Virus record (IMG/VR): IMGVR_UViG_3300025410_000018
DNA length: 20,000 bases
Direction: 5' to 3' (one strand)
Source: an uncultured virus (IMG/VR IMGVR_UViG_3300025410_000018)
Taxonomy: Duplodnaviria > Heunggongvirae > Uroviricota > Caudoviricetes
The position numbers and the translations under genes were made by a program. Below, piece after piece: positions 8,872 to 16,573 of this stretch; the stretch's first letter is position 1, and every line of letters begins with the position of its first letter. Under the pieces are notes generated by a model. It did not search any database. It had not been told where the DNA came from and saw only the letters and a program-made list of their open reading frames with translations.

Positions 8872-8991
8872 ATTTGACATTTTTTTAAGTTGCGTGTGAG
8901 GAATAGTGATCTAGTGGACTGGACTGTCCTCGTCGATTTGAGGTGGGTTGGGGGGTAGTGGGGTAAATATAGATACTAGAATCATACCATA

Positions 8992-9000
8992 TGTTATAAT
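8992..9000 (+). promoter_or_regulatory. Early promoter (perfect extended -10)
   Basis: TG-T-TATAAT about 70 bp upstream of the first plus-strand gene. Confidence 0.7.
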
Positions 9001-9032
9001 AGAGTCATCTAGTGAGGAATTGCTAGTGTGTT

Positions 9033-9058
9033 GCCAAGCCACTTCGCTTGGCTTTTTT
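9033..9058 (+). terminator. Terminator-like hairpin in the early leader
   Basis: GCCAAGC-CACTTC-GCTTGGC followed by TTTTTT, just upstream of the GGAGG RBS at 9063-9067. Confidence 0.6.
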
Positions 9059-9071
9059 ATTTGGAGGTTTT

Positions 9072-9482
9072 ATGAAGGCTGTCTTTACGAAATACATTGA
9101 TGCTGTTGCTAAACACATTGATGCTGGTGTCTCTCTCAAAGAAGTTATGGATACAGTTAAGCCTATCTATAACAAGTCAAGCCTAGAGGAACAGTTAGAG
9201 TTGCGTAGTGCTATTGCTACACTCATTGGTAAGAAAAAGAAGGTCACACCAATCACGATTGAAAAAGGTGTTTACACAGGTTCGCTTGGTTTCAACGCAC
9301 ATGGCACAGCGAAAGAGGAACAGGCTAGAGCAATGCTTAAGTATTATATGCCAACCCATGTGGAGAAAACCTCCACAACAAGTTCTAAACAGGTAGACCC
9401 GATTGTGCAACGTGCTAACAAACTCAATAAGGATTTCACGAAAGCACAGTTACGCAAACTTGTTGCACTACTCAATGTTTAA
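9072..9482 (+). CDS. First early gene, basic hypothetical protein
   Basis: ATG 9072 follows a GGAGG RBS (preferred over the track start 9048); 136 aa. Confidence 0.75.
   Translation: MKAVFTKYIDAVAKHIDAGVSLKEVMDTVKPIYNKSSLEEQLELRSAIATLIGKKKKVTPITIEKGVYTGSLGFNAHGTAKEEQARAMLKYYMPTHVEKTSTTSSKQVDPIVQRANKLNKDFTKAQLRKLVALLNV
9360..9376. repeat. 17-bp palindromic motif, copy 1
   Basis: GTGGAG-AAAAC-CTCCAC. Confidence 0.9.
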
Positions 9483-9566
9483 TCAAACCGACAGGGATTG
9501 CGAGAGGGTGAGGCTTTACTGCTATTTCAATTCCTGTCAAATCTAACTTAACGAAAGGAAATAAAT

Positions 9567-9785
9567 ATGAAACACACTCAAATTAAAAACCCAAACCAAA
9601 AGCACAGCCATCTACTTAGCACGTTCAGCGAACTAACACTTGAACAGACGGCACTCTTACTTGATTGCATCTTATACGCAACAGTAGATACCAAATACAT
9701 AGATGGCAACGACACACTCAACGAATTGAAAGATGCCCTTAGTGCAACCCTAGCACTTGGTGTTATATATCAGGAGGCACGATGA
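9567..9785 (+). CDS. Hypothetical early protein
   Basis: 72 aa; AAAGGA RBS. Confidence 0.7.
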   Translation: MKHTQIKNPNQKHSHLLSTFSELTLEQTALLLDCILYATVDTKYIDGNDTLNELKDALSATLALGVIYQEAR

Positions 9786-9952
9786 AATCAATATCACGAA
9801 AGAGAACTATACACATACGCATTATGAGGGCGTATCGTGTTAATGGTAAAGCGTGGGACATCAACATCTCACGCCGTAAGCGTAGTAGCAGTATCCGTAA
9901 GGCAAAAGCAGTATCCAATCAAGTGGAGGTTTTCTCCACATCAACCATCTAA
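9782..9952 (+). CDS. Small basic hypothetical protein (not in ORF track)
   Basis: 56 aa, MKSISRKRTIHIRIMRAYRVNGKAWDINISRRKR... AGGAGG RBS and ATGA overlap with the upstream stop. Confidence 0.55.
   Translation: MKSISRKRTIHIRIMRAYRVNGKAWDINISRRKRSSSIRKAKAVSNQVEVFSTSTI
9923..9939. repeat. 17-bp palindromic motif, copy 2 (inverted)
   Basis: GTGGAG-GTTTT-CTCCAC, the exact reverse complement of copy 1. Confidence 0.9.
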
Positions 9953-9962
9953 GGAGAGCATT

Positions 9963-10169
9963 ATGAAAGCACTAAAGAACAACGCATCACTATGGGTATT
10001 AGTATTCAAGCAAGACAACAAAGTAACAGAGGTAGGCAACTACTATGACTCACTCAACAAAGCAATCAAGGCTGTGCGAAAGATGAACGGCATAGATACA
10101 CTCAACACAGGGTGGACAGCCATGACATCAGTAAGACTCGCAGACATGATGAGAAAGGAGATACGTTAA
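9963..10169 (+). CDS. Hypothetical early protein
   Basis: Likely start ATG 9963 (MKALKNN) after AAGGAG; 68 aa. Confidence 0.65.
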   Translation: MKALKNNASLWVLVFKQDNKVTEVGNYYDSLNKAIKAVRKMNGIDTLNTGWTAMTSVRLADMMRKEIR

Positions 10170-10198
10170 CTTGTTATGGAGAGTTGTGTTGTTTTGCA

Positions 10199-10534
10199 CT
10201 AACGTCCAGCGTGTCCAACATTGTTAGTTCTTTTAGCGTAGCACGGGACACCCCCCAAGCGTTTATATATAAGGCGTTGAAGATTTGAAGTCCAAGTGTC
10301 CACAATATAATATATATTATTTATTTATTTATATATATAGGGTTGTTAGTTTATTCATTGTTTTAATTTAAAGCACTAACATTCTTATAAAAAGGTTTAT
10401 TGTTTATAGTATTCCAAAAAGACTGGACAACTGGACATAACATCAGCAAACCCATATACTTAAAGGCACAAGAGGTGACTTACTCTGCACAAAAAAGAAT
10501 AACAATGTTTGACACAATGGACTGTTAGGTGGAC
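10199..10534. other. Putative replication origin (inverted iterons flanking an AT-rich core)
   Basis: GTCCA at 10204, 10213, 10290 and 10298; TGGAC at 10424, 10432, 10518 and 10530. Arms 10199-10302 and 10424-10528 are degenerate inverted repeats around the very AT-rich 10303-10423. No ORF. Confidence 0.6.
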
Positions 10535-10568
10535 AATATAACTTTAATCATACAAAAAGGAACTAACA

Positions 10569-11291
10569 ATGAATAAACGTAAACCAATCACACGTAATTC
10601 AACGCCGAAACAAATCTATAATTATTTGGTAAGCAACTACCCAAGTATGCCTGTTGCATTCATACACGCAAGAATAGATGCACTAAAAGAAAAGCGTAGG
10701 GCTAACAATCAAAAGAAACAACTACGTGTTAGGTTAAAGACTGAATGGGCAGTAGTGCTAACACCCTTAAGAGATACGATACAAAGTATTATTACTCACC
10801 AACATCTCTATGAAGAAGCGAACCCTGCTTATTATAAGTTCAACATTAAATACCTAGCACTTCTGCGTGCATTGAGAGATGAGTTGAAAGATAAAGAGAA
10901 GAACAACGTATCGCCAAAACCAAACGCAACATGGGTTGACTACGTGCCTGATGAAGTCAAGGATAAAGTAAAAGAAAAATATAATACCTTGCCACGCACC
11001 AGTCCTCATACTGTGTATCGAGAGATATTTAAAAGCCCGAACGTGCTGTCTAGAAACAAACAGAGTCAACGTAACAAGTTGAACGACCACATAGACAGAA
11101 TGATAAATGAAATGGGTCGAGGTGTAGCGTCAGGGATACACGCTAATTATTATGAGATGAACTTACGTTTCTATGAGGAGGCGTTGCGTAGATTAAATAA
11201 CTTGCCGTTTAAAAAGGCGATACCAAAAAGTGTGGAAGGTTTGTTTAGTGTTGAGGAGTTGTTGCAGTATGGGTATGTTAGTAGTATTTAA
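10569..11291 (+). CDS. Basic helical hypothetical protein
   Basis: 240 aa, K/R-rich; AAAGGA RBS. Confidence 0.75.
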   Translation: MNKRKPITRNSTPKQIYNYLVSNYPSMPVAFIHARIDALKEKRRANNQKKQLRVRLKTEWAVVLTPLRDTIQSIITHQHLYEEANPAYYKFNIKYLALLRALRDELKDKEKNNVSPKPNATWVDYVPDEVKDKVKEKYNTLPRTSPHTVYREIFKSPNVLSRNKQSQRNKLNDHIDRMINEMGRGVASGIHANYYEMNLRFYEEALRRLNNLPFKKAIPKSVEGLFSVEELLQYGYVSSI

Positions 11292-11309
11292 TTTAAAAGG
11301 AGAGTTGAA

Positions 11310-11486
11310 ATGCGAGTAATGATATGTTTAGAGTTTGAAGGTGTTGATTGTAATAGTGAACAGGCTGATGCGATTATTGAGTCTATCAATGCAGACTGCG
11401 AGACTATGCAAGTTGCGTTTGATGCTACGAGTTGTTGGATTGATGATGCGTTTAATGAGGAGAAAGAAGATGAAGAATCTAATTGA
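11310..11486 (+). CDS. Small acidic hypothetical protein (not in ORF track)
   Basis: 58 aa, MRVMICLEFEGVDCNSEQADAIIESINADCETMQVAFDATSCWIDDAFNEEKEDEESN; AAGGAG RBS. Confidence 0.7.
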   Translation: MRVMICLEFEGVDCNSEQADAIIESINADCETMQVAFDATSCWIDDAFNEEKEDEESN

Positions 11487-11622
11487 GTGGTTGTTGATGC
11501 TGGTGTTTGGTGTTGTGTTTGGCATTATGTTTTGGTCTGCGTTTTTTGATGTGAACTTTGTGGAGGTTATCTCCACAAGAATGTCTAATGTTTTTATTAA
11601 CTTGTTAGGGAGTGTTGTATGA
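11470..11622 (+). CDS. Small membrane protein
   Basis: 50 aa from ATG 11470 (MKNLIEWLLMLVFGVVFGIMFWSAFF), one hydrophobic segment; AGGAG RBS. Confidence 0.55.
   Translation: MKNLIEWLLMLVFGVVFGIMFWSAFFDVNFVEVISTRMSNVFINLLGSVV
11560..11576. repeat. 17-bp palindromic motif, copy 3 (inverted, one spacer change)
   Basis: GTGGAG-GTTAT-CTCCAC; symmetry extends to TTGTGGAG...CTCCACAA. Confidence 0.9.
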
Positions 11623-11795
11623 ATGATTTAGATTACTGGTTGGCACACGCCAACGCAAGACGTATGGTTGAGACAGGCGGTGGGTTTCATCATGCACTAG
11701 GTAGGTTGTTCTTCAAGGCAGATAGCAGTAATGCTAGGCGATTAATAGATGCGTTCCCACATGAGTTCTTAAAAAAGGAGAGTGATGATGAGTGA
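11619..11795 (+). CDS. Small hypothetical phage protein (not in ORF track)
   Basis: 58 aa with GGGF..ALG..FFKADSSNARRLIDAFP, a pattern I recall from small phage early proteins. ATGA overlap; GGGAG RBS. Confidence 0.75.
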   Translation: MNDLDYWLAHANARRMVETGGGFHHALGRLFFKADSSNARRLIDAFPHEFLKKESDDE

Positions 11796-11994
11796 TGGTA
11801 GCCCGAATTTATTTACTGTGTATATAAGTGAGACGTTCTCAGGGTATGTGAATGTTGAAGCAGATAGTAAAGATGAAGCCGAAGAACGAGCAAGGGAACT
11901 TTTAGATAGTGGTTTGATAAACCCATGCGAGGACTTTGATGGTGATTGTATTATTGAAGCAGAGAAATATGCTGAGGAGAGTGATGATGAATGA
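11788..11994 (+). CDS. Small acidic protein, DpnD/PcfM-like
   Basis: FTVYISETFSGYVNVEADSKDEAEERARE resembles the DpnD/PcfM pattern. AGGAG RBS; start could be 11785 or 11788. Confidence 0.6.
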   Translation: MSDGSPNLFTVYISETFSGYVNVEADSKDEAEERARELLDSGLINPCEDFDGDCIIEAEKYAEESDDE

Positions 11995-12166
11995 AGATTT
12001 GAAGCCACATAGTTTTGTGGCACGCTGTGTTGATATGAATAGTGATGCCAAGTTAGTTAAGCATAAGGTTACGTATGTTGTGAATAACGTAGACAGGGAA
12101 TGGGTTGTGATGGCTAAAGACCCAATGGACGCAATAAAGAAAACGCAAGAATACTTGGGGGTTTAG
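11987..12166 (+). CDS. Hypothetical early protein
   Basis: Start at 11984 or 11987 after AGGAG; contains V.AKDPMDAI motif. Confidence 0.65.
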   Translation: MNEDLKPHSFVARCVDMNSDAKLVKHKVTYVVNNVDREWVVMAKDPMDAIKKTQEYLGV

Positions 12167-12170
12167 TCAA

Positions 12171-12401
12171 ATGAAAGCAAGAACACAAACCGAATTAGAC
12201 AGAATGTGGAAACGCAGAGGGTTAAAACCTGCCGAACGTATTAGTAAAACCAACGGCATACTACGCACGTGGTTGTACGCCAAGACAGGTAGGGAACTAG
12301 ACAAGATGCGTCATGGCTTAAAAGATTTATTAGTCGACACGATAGCCATGCGTAGAAATAAGCAGACTGTACCTGACTGCCCGAAGTATAGATGGGTGTG
12401 A
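12171..12401 (+). CDS. Basic hypothetical protein
   Basis: 76 aa, fills the gap between neighbouring genes. Confidence 0.65.
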   Translation: MKARTQTELDRMWKRRGLKPAERISKTNGILRTWLYAKTGRELDKMRHGLKDLLVDTIAMRRNKQTVPDCPKYRWV

Positions 12402-12402
12402 T

Positions 12403-12561
12403 GTGAAGTATAAGCATAGGCATGCGAAGTTAATCAAAGCGTGGGCTGATGGTGCAGTTATTCAATACAAGCACAGAACTATAAACAAATGGTTCGACTG
12501 TGAGAATAACAATCCAAGATGGCACATATCTATTAAATACAGAATCAAAAAGGAGAAGTGA
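12403..12561 (+). CDS. Small hypothetical phage protein (not in ORF track)
   Basis: 52 aa from GTG: KHRHAKLIKAWADGAVIQY...W.D...P.W....YRIK, a pattern I recall from proteobacterial phages. Confidence 0.75.
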   Translation: MKYKHRHAKLIKAWADGAVIQYKHRTINKWFDCENNNPRWHISIKYRIKKEK

Positions 12562-12562
12562 A

Positions 12563-13006
12563 ATGGGTTATAGAAGCGAAGTAGCATACGTTATTAACTT
12601 TAGTAGTAAAGAGAAGCGTGACGATTATATTAACGTAGTGTTAGCAACAGGTGATACGCATTTGATTGACGCACTAAAAGATTGTGATGTGCCGTTTGAT
12701 TCTTCGCACGATACTCGTATTAACTTCTACGCTATTGATGTGAAGTGGTATGACTCGTATGAAGATGTTAAGGCACACACTAAGTTATACAGTTGGGCAG
12801 TCGAGTTGTATCCTGACGATTGTGGGTATCGGTTTATATGTATCGGCGAAGAGGAAGGTGACATTGAGAATGATTCCGATGGCGAGGGTGATTGGATACC
12901 TGACGATGACTTTTACACCTACACATCTATGGAAGTTCCGTTCAACACACAGTATGACAAGTTTGATTTAGATAAATATTTATTAACCAAAAAGGAGGAA
13001 GCGTAA
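12563..13006 (+). CDS. Acidic hypothetical protein
   Basis: Start ATG 12563 (MGYRSEV) after AAGGAG; KWY and F.CIGEE..D motifs; 147 aa. Confidence 0.8.
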   Translation: MGYRSEVAYVINFSSKEKRDDYINVVLATGDTHLIDALKDCDVPFDSSHDTRINFYAIDVKWYDSYEDVKAHTKLYSWAVELYPDDCGYRFICIGEEEGDIENDSDGEGDWIPDDDFYTYTSMEVPFNTQYDKFDLDKYLLTKKEEA

Positions 13007-13530
13007 TGGAAGGACTAGGCAAACTACAACCACTAGAAAAGGAAAAGCAAATGAATGAGTATATCATCACAGGTTTATCAGGTAATCAATATCAACCAAT
13101 GGACACAGCACCTATACCACACACACCAACCATCAAGGAGTTATTCAATACGCTAGCAACAACCATGCAACAACTAGGCTCTCTTATTGAGAGTCACTAT
13201 CATCAGTCTTCTCAGGACAGTTTAGTTGAGGCTGTGGATACGGCGTTGGAAAACGCTGATTGGCTTTACGCTAAGTTGTCTGACTCTGTGGATAAACGCT
13301 ATGACATCGAGGATATGGTTAAGGAAGGTATGCGAGACCTTATCGAGCATGGGATACATGAGCATTTCAGTCACCAGTTTGATTTAGAAGAACACGTAGA
13401 TGTGCGTGATGCCTTAGATGACATTGTGTGCGACAGGATAGAAGACGCAGTAAAAGAAGCAATAGAGGATTTGTTAGAAGACGCAGTAGACAAAGCCCTC
13501 AAGACAGCATCAGTAAGAATCGAGTTTTAA
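13006..13530 (+). CDS. Acidic helical hypothetical protein (alternative start 13051)
   Basis: Two in-frame ATGs each have an RBS (AGGAGG before 13006, AAAGGA before 13051). The C-terminal half is D/E-rich and repetitive. Confidence 0.75.
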   Translation: MEGLGKLQPLEKEKQMNEYIITGLSGNQYQPMDTAPIPHTPTIKELFNTLATTMQQLGSLIESHYHQSSQDSLVEAVDTALENADWLYAKLSDSVDKRYDIEDMVKEGMRDLIEHGIHEHFSHQFDLEEHVDVRDALDDIVCDRIEDAVKEAIEDLLEDAVDKALKTASVRIEF

Positions 13531-13537
13531 TAACCAC

Positions 13538-13554
13538 GTGGAGAAAACCTCCAC
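13538..13554. repeat. 17-bp palindromic motif, copy 4
   Basis: GTGGAG-AAAAC-CTCCAC; flanks also match copy 1 (CCAyGTGGAGAAAACCTCCACAACAA). Intergenic, just before an RBS. Confidence 0.9.
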
Positions 13555-13575
13555 AACAACTTAAGGAGAAGCAAA

Positions 13576-14304
13576 ATGCCTGTAACGGCTAAACTAACAA
13601 TACCTGTAACTATGTATACGTATGACGAACTCGACGCTCATGCTAGAGAAAAGCCACGCCAAGACTTCATTGAGCATTGGGTAGAAGATTGGTGGGCAAA
13701 CGAGTTACTTGATGAGTATAAAGCCGAAGGGCTTGAGTATGGGTTTGGTATTGAGGTTATAAACTACACAGGCTTTCATTCTCAAGGTGATGGTGCTTGT
13801 TGGGTTGGTCATGTGGGTATGCTTAAGTTTATTGATATGTTTGGTGGCAATAGCATAGGCTTCGAAGCATGGCGTTGTTTGTTTCAATCTGTTTGGGGTG
13901 GTGCTGCTAACGTCGGCATATATCGTTCAAGTAGTAGGTATTATCACAGCGAGACAATGTGCGTTGAGAGTATGGACTACGATATTGGTGCGTATATGAA
14001 TCGAGGTGACACCATAACAACGGACTCAATATTAAAAGGTATGACGTTCGATAATGCGTATGAACTAATCCAAGCAGATGCAGATTGCCAATACAAAACA
14101 CCTGAGAGTATTCAAGAGTGGGTGTTAGAAGAAGCCAAGCGATACGCTAACACTATATATAAGAAGTTGTATGAAGCGTATGAGTACGAGTGTAGTGACG
14201 AGAATATCGCTGAGGTTTACACGTGTAACAACGTGTATTTTAATGAGAAGGGAGGTCAAGTAGATAGCAGTTTAGTAGATATTTATATGAGTCAAGTAGC
14301 ATAA
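13576..14304 (+). CDS. Acidic hypothetical protein resembling the family annotated 'antitoxin of toxin-antitoxin stability system'
   Basis: N-terminal YTYDELDAHAREK, central YTGFHSQGDGA and C-terminal EYECSDENIAE...N..YFNEKG match the recalled family pattern. Function unproven. Confidence 0.55.
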   Translation: MPVTAKLTIPVTMYTYDELDAHAREKPRQDFIEHWVEDWWANELLDEYKAEGLEYGFGIEVINYTGFHSQGDGACWVGHVGMLKFIDMFGGNSIGFEAWRCLFQSVWGGAANVGIYRSSSRYYHSETMCVESMDYDIGAYMNRGDTITTDSILKGMTFDNAYELIQADADCQYKTPESIQEWVLEEAKRYANTIYKKLYEAYEYECSDENIAEVYTCNNVYFNEKGGQVDSSLVDIYMSQVA

Positions 14305-14332
14305 ACAAACTAACAACCTAAAGGAAAATACT

Positions 14333-15316
14333 ATGATAAGTTATACAGATGCATTAAACAAATACAACAAAGCACAAGCACCAAAGCACAGTAGAAGATG
14401 GTTAAATATGCCCGATCATGCACGCTATTTGAGAGGTGTTGGCATGACACACTACGGCATACATCAACGTGACAACGGCGAGGTTTATTATCGTTGCTAC
14501 GATACAGAGTTAGTTAAATTTTATCCACCCAACGAGCAAGGCGAGTATAAGGTAGAGGTCAAGTTCGTTAACACCCCAACAACAACTATGTTTTTAGACA
14601 ATCATCGGTTGAACTATGGCTATTTAGAAACAAGTTGTGGTAAGACTGTATACGTTCCGTATGTTCAGAGTGGTGGCTATCGTACTGCTGCCGTGACTGC
14701 TAGTTTGGTGTTTAATGCGTCGAACAAACTCATACTAGATAAATCATGGCATGAGGACATCTACACTAAGATATCGTCAACCGAAGACAAACGCAAACGC
14801 AAGCACTTACGTGAAGCCATCAAACATTTAGTTATGCTCAACGAGTTCAGACTACCACAATATAAATCCGACGCTACGTTAGACGGCAACTTAGGTATGC
14901 CGTTCGGCACAGGATACAAAGAACCATTTAGTTTCCAAGAACTGCGACGTGTAATTTCGTCAGAGTCTAACAGCATGCTTGATGTAGGTTCATTCAACTT
15001 CAACAGCGATAGATTCATTCATGCAGTTATGCTAACAGGTCAAGACGTATTCAACATTCTAGCTAGTCAGCGTGGCTATGCATTAAATGCGTTCCGTTAC
15101 TTCTACAGGCATGGTAAATCAGCAGAGGAGTTAGCAGAGCATGACAATATGATACGACTTCTACACAATCAAGTCATAGAAAGCGTATCGCCTGAAGACT
15201 TTAACAAATCGTTTACTAACAAGTTACTGAGTGTTTTCAATATCAAGCAAGGCACTACGCTTAAGGCTTGGGGGCAGTTCCGTGACAAGTTACCCCATAA
15301 ATGGTATACAAAATAA
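14333..15316 (+). CDS. Hypothetical protein
   Basis: 327 aa; AAAGGA RBS; no motif recognised. Confidence 0.8.
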   Translation: MISYTDALNKYNKAQAPKHSRRWLNMPDHARYLRGVGMTHYGIHQRDNGEVYYRCYDTELVKFYPPNEQGEYKVEVKFVNTPTTTMFLDNHRLNYGYLETSCGKTVYVPYVQSGGYRTAAVTASLVFNASNKLILDKSWHEDIYTKISSTEDKRKRKHLREAIKHLVMLNEFRLPQYKSDATLDGNLGMPFGTGYKEPFSFQELRRVISSESNSMLDVGSFNFNSDRFIHAVMLTGQDVFNILASQRGYALNAFRYFYRHGKSAEELAEHDNMIRLLHNQVIESVSPEDFNKSFTNKLLSVFNIKQGTTLKAWGQFRDKLPHKWYTK

Positions 15317-15439
15317 AATTAAACAAATTACTTGAAAGGAAATAAAAACTATGTAAAAATATATACATAACTAAATCAGGGAGAGACAACTCTCCCAAAC
15401 GTATTAACAAACAACTATATTTACTTAAAGGAAAATCGT

Positions 15440-16564
15440 ATGACAATGCTTTCATTTACTCAAGTTGCAAATCTTATTAAACGTGTTGGTCACAAGCGTA
15501 CTATTATCGTGCAGGGCGAGAATGGTATCGGTAAGACTGGCTTGTTTCACTTCCTCGCTAAAGACCCGTTCTTTGCTAATCATATTCACGTTGACCCTAT
15601 CGACTGCACGCAGTTGTCTGACGGCTCGGTGTGGATGCCTGATATTGACAGAGAGTTGGGTGTATCACGTGAGTTACCTAACGAACGCTTCGGTGTTAAT
15701 ACCAAGAATCAGAAAGGTATCAATGGTGCTAGACCATCATTCATATTCTTAGACGAGATAGCTAAGGCTAAGCAGTTTATCAAGGACGTGCTAGCACCGA
15801 TTGTTTATGAGCGTCGTGTTGGTAACTACCACATGGCTGAGGGTAGCGTTGTGTTCTGTGCTACTAACTTATCGGCTGAGGGCTTGGGTGATTCTATTCA
15901 GGCTCACTTACGTAATCGTCTAGTCTTTGTCACTATGCGTAAGCCTACGCAACAGGAGTGGTCAGCATGGGCTATCAATCGTGGTGGTATGGCGAGTGAG
16001 GTGCTTGCGTTTGCTGAGCAGTATCCACGTATATTCGATTCATTCCTTGACTATGAGGAAGGTGGCAAGTTCTCAGGCAAGGCGATGGAGAAAGATAACG
16101 ATATGATATTTAACCCACGCGTTATGCAGACTGCATACGCTAGCCCTCGTTCGTTACATGGTGCGTCTGACATTGTGTTAGAGAAAGATTACTTAGATGC
16201 CGACACACTTCAACACGCTTTAGAGGGTACGATTGGTAAGCCTACTGCCGATGCTATGGGTGCGTATATCAGGTTCGGTAACGAGAACCCTGACTATCAA
16301 GATATTATCAAGAGTCCAACGACTGCACGTGTAGCCGACAGTCCTGTTGCACAGATTGTTATGGCGTTCAAGTTGATTACTAACTGCGACTCACGTGAGG
16401 AAGCTGAGGCATCGACTATCTATACACAACGCTTACGCAACGAGATGCAGTCTATCTTCTGTAACACAGTAGCAAACAGTACGACTAAGATTAGCAACTT
16501 CATCACAGTCGCACCATTTCAGAAGATGTTAGCTGACAACAAGATTTATTTCACAACTAAGTAA
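15440..16564 (+). CDS. MoxR/CbbQ-like AAA+ ATPase
   Basis: Walker A GENGIGKT, Walker B FIFLDE, sensor I CATN, arginine finger LRNR, sensor II SPRS. Confidence 0.9.
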   Translation: MTMLSFTQVANLIKRVGHKRTIIVQGENGIGKTGLFHFLAKDPFFANHIHVDPIDCTQLSDGSVWMPDIDRELGVSRELPNERFGVNTKNQKGINGARPSFIFLDEIAKAKQFIKDVLAPIVYERRVGNYHMAEGSVVFCATNLSAEGLGDSIQAHLRNRLVFVTMRKPTQQEWSAWAINRGGMASEVLAFAEQYPRIFDSFLDYEEGGKFSGKAMEKDNDMIFNPRVMQTAYASPRSLHGASDIVLEKDYLDADTLQHALEGTIGKPTADAMGAYIRFGNENPDYQDIIKSPTTARVADSPVAQIVMAFKLITNCDSREEAEASTIYTQRLRNEMQSIFCNTVANSTTKISNFITVAPFQKMLADNKIYFTTK

Positions 16565-16573
16565 GGAGAAGCC

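Noticed and set aside
10305..10340. (AT)n and (TTTA)n microsatellite
   Set aside because: Part of the AT-rich core of the origin-like element, not a separate feature.
9360..13554. CRISPR array interpretation of the GTGGAG-N5-CTCCAC repeats
   Set aside because: Copies are 0.5-2 kb apart, in mixed orientation and only 17 bp long; there is no spacer periodicity and no cas gene.
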